This document shows positions 44,067 through 48,283 of a DNA stretch of 48,283 nucleotides, one piece after another. The notes beneath the pieces are model-generated. The model had not been told where the DNA came from and made no database searches. It saw only the letters and a program-made list of their open reading frames with translations. Positions within the stretch are counted from its first letter, which is position 1, and every line of letters starts with the position of its first letter. This DNA comes from Nanobdellota archaeon. GTDB lineage: Archaea; Nanobdellota; Nanobdellia; Pacearchaeales; GW2011-AR1. The stretch is taken from the NCBI GenBank assembly GCA_030648285.1, contig JAUSIC010000003.1, positions 1-48,283 of the forward strand, in the 5' to 3' direction. The translations under genes were made by a program, and so were the position numbers.

Positions 44067-45171
44067 AATCTATGTCATCCCCGTAACAATCCAAAGCATC
44101 ATGAAGTATTTCATAACCTGGTTCTCTGTTAATGATGCCTTTTATATGAAGATTTTTAGCATCATTTGTGCAATGGTGCTTGCAATTTTCTTCTGGATTG
44201 AAATTTTTGAACTTTCCTGCTGCTTCTGGACTAAACCATAATTCTTTGAAGGATTTATCTTTTATTGAACCAAGAATTCCTGTTTCAGAATATGCTTTGT
44301 CATGGCAAAAGTAAACATTGCAATCAGCACCAATTACAGGAACAGTCTGCATGATGTAACATTTCTGATAACATCTCTGAGGAACACTTGCTCCTGAAAA
44401 ATCTCCTGCATAGGTATCATGAACAGCAAATTTATCTGAATGAAAATCTCTTTTAGCTCTTTCAATCTGTTCTAAAACAGTTTCTTTTATTGGCTCATGA
44501 TATTTTTTGAAATCCTGGTTCCACATAGGAGTTATTTTAATGTGATTAACCCCTAAATCCCTGAAATATTTTACAGAGTCATAAACTTGAGATGCATTTT
44601 CTAACTGAACAACAAAATTTATTCCGAACTCACATCCTTGTCTTTTTATCTTTGCAAATTCTCTGATATTTTTTTCTAATTCATAAAACCAGCTTTCTGG
44701 TCTTTTTCTTATTAGTGAAAAAGTTTTAGAATCACACGAGTTTGCAGATATTCTCACCCAATTAGCTTGTGAAAGTATTTTTGCTTTTTCTCCCTCTAAT
44801 GCCTGCCCATTCGTGATAATTGAAAGACCAATTCCATACTCCAGTGTTTTTTTCATAGCTTCTTCTATATAAGGATAAATTAGCGGTTCTCCTCCTCCTG
44901 AAAAAGTAATTGCCTTTACTCCCATTTCTTTAAAGTCCTTTAAAATTTCCAGAATTTTTTCCCTTGGAATTTCAGAAGTTCTGTTCAATAAACTTCTGAC
45001 ATCAGTATCTCCTGTTTCAGGATCATAAGAACAAAAACTACAACGATGATTGCATATATTTGTCGGCTTGAATCTAATGTAAATAGGAGCAATTATTTTT
45101 CCCTCTTTTAATGCTTTTAATTTTTTAGGATGCAGAACTATCTTTAATCCACCATACCTCTGAGCAATCAT
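44059..45171 (-). CDS. Radical SAM protein with C-terminal auxiliary-cluster domain
   Basis: PTNICNHRCSFC, SGGGEP, ITNG; C-terminal Cys cluster; ATG 45171 lies 21 nt from TTTATAAA (45193-45200). Confidence 0.9.
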   Translation of the reverse strand: MIAQRYGGLKIVLHPKKLKALKEGKIIAPIYIRFKPTNICNHRCSFCSYDPETGDTDVRSLLNRTSEIPREKILEILKDFKEMGVKAITFSGGGEPLIYPYIEEAMKKTLEYGIGLSIITNGQALEGEKAKILSQANWVRISANSCDSKTFSLIRKRPESWFYELEKNIREFAKIKRQGCEFGINFVVQLENASQVYDSVKYFRDLGVNHIKITPMWNQDFKKYHEPIKETVLEQIERAKRDFHSDKFAVHDTYAGDFSGASVPQRCYQKCYIMQTVPVIGADCNVYFCHDKAYSETGILGSIKDKSFKELWFSPEAAGKFKNFNPEENCKHHCTNDAKNLHIKGIINREPGYEILHDALDCYGDDIDFI

Positions 45172-45282
45172 GATTATTGCAGAAAAAAATTGTTTATAAA
45201 GATTATGCAATTAAATACCATAAAAAAGAGTTGTTTTTCTATAAATAAATGCTTATAAATTCAACAGGAATTTAAATTGAAA

Positions 45283-46785
45283 ATGAGAATACATATTCTT
45301 GGTTCTGATGGCTTTGTAGGAAAAAGATTAATGGTGTTTTTTTCAGGAATTGCAGAAACAAGAGGATATTCTCTTTCTGACTGCGATTTATTAAGTCTGG
45401 AATCAGTTTCCAACTTGCCGAAATTTACAGAGCAAGACGTAGTGATAATGGTTTCTTCAATAACCAGATTGAAAGAAAATTCTCTTGAATCAATGGAAAA
45501 AAATATTCTGATGGCAGATAATATATCTAAATTCATAAAAGAAAACCCTCCTGGTTATTTTGTTTTTCTAAGCACAATAGATGTTTATGGTGCTAACCCT
45601 CAAATTCCAGTAAAAGAAACTAATTTTCCCAATCCAAGCGATTATTATTCATTGTCTAAATTAGCCAGTGAATTTTTACTAAGAAAAGTATGCGCGGAAA
45701 AAGATATTCCTCTGTTAATCTTAAGATTGTCTGGTTTATACGGAAAAGGAGATGAAGGAAAAAGCACGATAAACAAGTTATTTGAATCTGCTGTTAGAGA
45801 TAGAAAAATAACTATTATTGGAGATGGAAGTGATACACGGGACTTTGTTTATGTTGAAGATGTCTGCAAATTAATATGGAATGGAATCTTGCAAAAAAAA
45901 GATTCTTTAGTAAATGTCGCAACAGGAGAAAGTTATTCTATAAATGAAATTGTTAACTTGTTAAGACAATATCTCTCTTACGGAATTTCTATAGAGTACA
46001 AAGAAGAATCTGGGCAGAAAAGAGCCAAAGAACTGCGTTTTGACAATTCTTTGTTGAAAAAAAACTTTCCTTGGTTTGAATTTACTAACTTGAAAAATGG
46101 CTTAAAATTATATTTTGAAACACCAAGATTGACAGAAATAAATTTAATGGAGAGATACCCTCAATCAAAAAGAAATCCTGATGAAAGGGCTTTAGAAAAA
46201 ACAGAAGAAGATAGAAAGATTGCCAGAGAATTCGGAAAAGAATTTTTTGATGGAGACAGGAAACATGGTTATGGAGGATATAGTTATCATCCAAGGTTTT
46301 GGACAGATGTTGTTCAAGACATAATCAAGCATTATAAATTAACAGAGGAAAGCAGTCTGCTCGATGTGGGGTGTGGAAAAGGATTTATGTTATATGATTT
46401 TAAAAAAGCTCTTCCTGGGATGAAAATAAGAGGGATAGATATTTCCAGATATGCTGTTGAAAATGGGAAAGAAGAAATAAAAGAATTTCTTAATGTCGGA
46501 AATGCTAAATATTTGGGAGAATTCAAGGACAAAGAGTTTGATTTGGTAATCTCCACGACCACAATCCATAATCTTCCTAGAGAAGAATGCAAACAAGCAG
46601 TCAGGGAAATACAAAGAGTTGGAAAAAATGCGTTTGTTACAGTAGATGCCTGGAGGAATGAAGAAGAAAGAAAAAGAATGGAAGCGTGGAATCTAACTGC
46701 ATTAACATATATGCATGTTGATGATTGGAAAAAATTTTTTGAAGAATGTGGATATACTGGAGATTGCTATTGGTTTACTCCTTAG
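45283..46785 (+). CDS. NAD-dependent epimerase/reductase fused to class I methyltransferase
   Basis: GSDGFVG, YSLSK, RDFVYVED in the N-terminal half; FFDGDRKHGYGGY, LLDVGCGKG in the C-terminal half. Confidence 0.88.
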   Translation: MRIHILGSDGFVGKRLMVFFSGIAETRGYSLSDCDLLSLESVSNLPKFTEQDVVIMVSSITRLKENSLESMEKNILMADNISKFIKENPPGYFVFLSTIDVYGANPQIPVKETNFPNPSDYYSLSKLASEFLLRKVCAEKDIPLLILRLSGLYGKGDEGKSTINKLFESAVRDRKITIIGDGSDTRDFVYVEDVCKLIWNGILQKKDSLVNVATGESYSINEIVNLLRQYLSYGISIEYKEESGQKRAKELRFDNSLLKKNFPWFEFTNLKNGLKLYFETPRLTEINLMERYPQSKRNPDERALEKTEEDRKIAREFGKEFFDGDRKHGYGGYSYHPRFWTDVVQDIIKHYKLTEESSLLDVGCGKGFMLYDFKKALPGMKIRGIDISRYAVENGKEEIKEFLNVGNAKYLGEFKDKEFDLVISTTTIHNLPREECKQAVREIQRVGKNAFVTVDAWRNEEERKRMEAWNLTALTYMHVDDWKKFFEECGYTGDCYWFTP

Positions 46786-46876
46786 TGCATCTCTCTTTCA
46801 CAATCTTTTTAAAGAGTTTTTGGATTTTGAATAAGTATCTATAAGTTTATAAATAAACTTACTAGATTAAAATAAA

Positions 46877-47503
46877 ATGGAGAACATGACAAAAGAAGAG
46901 CTGATAAAATTTGAGGGAGAAATAAACGATTTGTGGGAACAGGCAAAGATTCCGTATCCTGTTCACTTTTGCGGAGGTAATGAGGAACAGCTTATTGAAA
47001 TATTCAAAGAAATAAAACCTGAAGATTATGTATTTTCAACTCATCGTGCACATTATCATGCTCTTTTAAAAGGAATTTCTCCTGAAAAATTAAAGGAAAT
47101 AATAATGCGTGGAGACAGCATGCATATTTTCAGCAAAGAATTCAACTTTTTTACATCTGCTATTGTCTGTGGTGTTCCTTCTATTGCAGTAGGAACAGCT
47201 CTTGCATTAAAGAAAAAAAATAGTAAAAAGCACGTGTGGTGTTTCATAGGAGATGGAGCAGAAGATGAAGGGCATTTTTATGAAGCAGCAAGATATGTTG
47301 AAGGGCATAATTTGCCTTGCACATTTATCATAGAAGACAATAATCGTTCTGTAGAAACTCCAAAAGAAGTTAGATATGGAAAATCTGAGATAAAATGGCC
47401 AAATTGTGTAAGAAGATATTACTACAAATCCAATTACCCTCATGTTGGAACAGAAAAATGGGTTAATTTTGGAAATACTAAAGCAGGAGGTTCAAGTTTT
47501 TAA
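46877..47503 (+). CDS. TPP-dependent dehydrogenase E1 alpha-like subunit (short)
   Basis: STHRAHYH, SMH, GDGA...EDNN TPP-binding motif. Confidence 0.9.
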   Translation: MENMTKEELIKFEGEINDLWEQAKIPYPVHFCGGNEEQLIEIFKEIKPEDYVFSTHRAHYHALLKGISPEKLKEIIMRGDSMHIFSKEFNFFTSAIVCGVPSIAVGTALALKKKNSKKHVWCFIGDGAEDEGHFYEAARYVEGHNLPCTFIIEDNNRSVETPKEVRYGKSEIKWPNCVRRYYYKSNYPHVGTEKWVNFGNTKAGGSSF

Positions 47504-48036
47504 TGAAATACAAAGAAGCTGTCAAGAAATCAATGGAAATGTTAGCTGGAGAAAATAATACCCTTTTCTTAGGTTATAATATCTGCTTTGGTTCAAAAGG
47601 ATACGGAACAATGACAGATATTCCTGATGAAAAGAAAATAGAAACTCCTTTAGCAGAGAATTTGATGATAGGACTTGCTATGGGCATGTCTTTAGAAGGA
47701 TATCATCCAATAATCTTCTTTGAGAGACATGATTTCATGCTAATTGCTCTTGATGGCATAGTCAATCATCTAGACAAGATTGAGAGCATGTCAAAAGGAG
47801 AATTTCATATGCCTGTGATTATAAGAGCAGTGATTGGTTCAACAGCTCCTTTAAATCCAGGACCACAACACACCCAGGATTTCACAGAAGCTTTCAAGAA
47901 AATGATTAAATTTCCTATCTATGAACCAAAAACTCCCAAGGAAATAATAGAATGTTACGAGAAAGCAAAAAATTCACATACACCTGTAATGATTATAGAA
48001 AAAAAAGATTTGTATGAATTTGAAGATGGGAATTGA
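47503..48036 (+). CDS. E1 beta / transketolase pyrimidine-binding subunit (lacks C-terminal domain)
   Basis: ETPLAEN..G.A.G, PVIIR, GPQHTQ, PVMIIE motifs; TAATG-coupled to the alpha subunit. Confidence 0.88.
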   Translation: MKYKEAVKKSMEMLAGENNTLFLGYNICFGSKGYGTMTDIPDEKKIETPLAENLMIGLAMGMSLEGYHPIIFFERHDFMLIALDGIVNHLDKIESMSKGEFHMPVIIRAVIGSTAPLNPGPQHTQDFTEAFKKMIKFPIYEPKTPKEIIECYEKAKNSHTPVMIIEKKDLYEFEDGN

Positions 48037-48283
48037 TATATCAAACCATAAATTAATGTATCACCCAAAAAGGGTTTATGAATGGAATGAAAAGGGAGAT
48101 TGTTATCCGATATATGTAGAAATAGGACTTACTAATTTATGCAACCATAAATGTATTTTTTGTGCTTTAGATTTTTTGAAGCACGAAGGAAATTTCATAG
48201 ACAGAGAAGTAATGTTAAAAGCTTTGAAAGAAATGGGTGAAAAAGGAGTTAAATCAATAATGTTTGCTGGAGAAGGAGAATCT
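48014..48283 (+). CDS. Radical SAM protein (5' part; runs off the window end)
   Basis: Manual translation MNLKMGIDISNHKLMYHP...EIGLTNLCNHKCIFC...FAGEGE; start 48014 or 48026. Confidence 0.88.
   Translation, partial: MNLKMGIDISNHKLMYHPKRVYEWNEKGDCYPIYVEIGLTNLCNHKCIFCALDFLKHEGNFIDREVMLKALKEMGEKGVKSIMFAGEGES

Noticed and set aside
93-47443. Numerous 60-210 aa antisense or alternate-frame ORFs in the track (e.g. 2488-2994, 7521-8153, 42235-42831)
   Set aside because: They are shadows of well-supported genes, with Phe/Leu/Ser-rich composition expected from the reverse of A-rich coding DNA
1-48283. Autonomous transposase, integrase or reverse transcriptase for the repeat family
   Set aside because: No ORF in the window shows DDE, HUH/Y1, tyrosine/serine recombinase or RT motifs, so any mobilising enzyme must be encoded elsewhere or be absent

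Overview
AT-rich archaeal window, most likely DPANN (Pacearchaeota/Woesearchaeota-like, inferred from gene set and style). Positions 1-9.9 kb hold the archaeal spc-type ribosomal protein operon (rps3 end to secY and DUF106), lacking rnp1 and adk and interrupted by two orphan ORFs. Prefoldin alpha, a ribose-1,5-bisphosphate isomerase-like gene and a SpoIIM-like gene follow. The remaining ~36 kb is an N-glycosylation/surface-glycan locus: aglB, a MraY/AglH-type transferase, a flippase-like gene, GT2/GT4/GT9/GT-C enzymes, six B12-binding and three other radical SAM enzymes, SDRs and a split TPP enzyme. The main observation is a family of short (51-204 nt) modular repeats sitting exactly at host start codons (7 clear copies at 6 loci, plus 2 degenerate candidates). 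Each copy is an open mini-ORF running from an ATG to a TAATG stop/start overlap with the next ORF, and most end in a hairpin whose loop carries a Shine-Dalgarno-like motif. Shared DNA motifs are read in different frames in different copies, so openness appears conserved rather than peptide sequence. This suggests a start-codon-targeting element that relays ribosomes through itself; mobility is inferred, as no transposase is present in the window. No rRNA, tRNA or CRISPR array was recognised.
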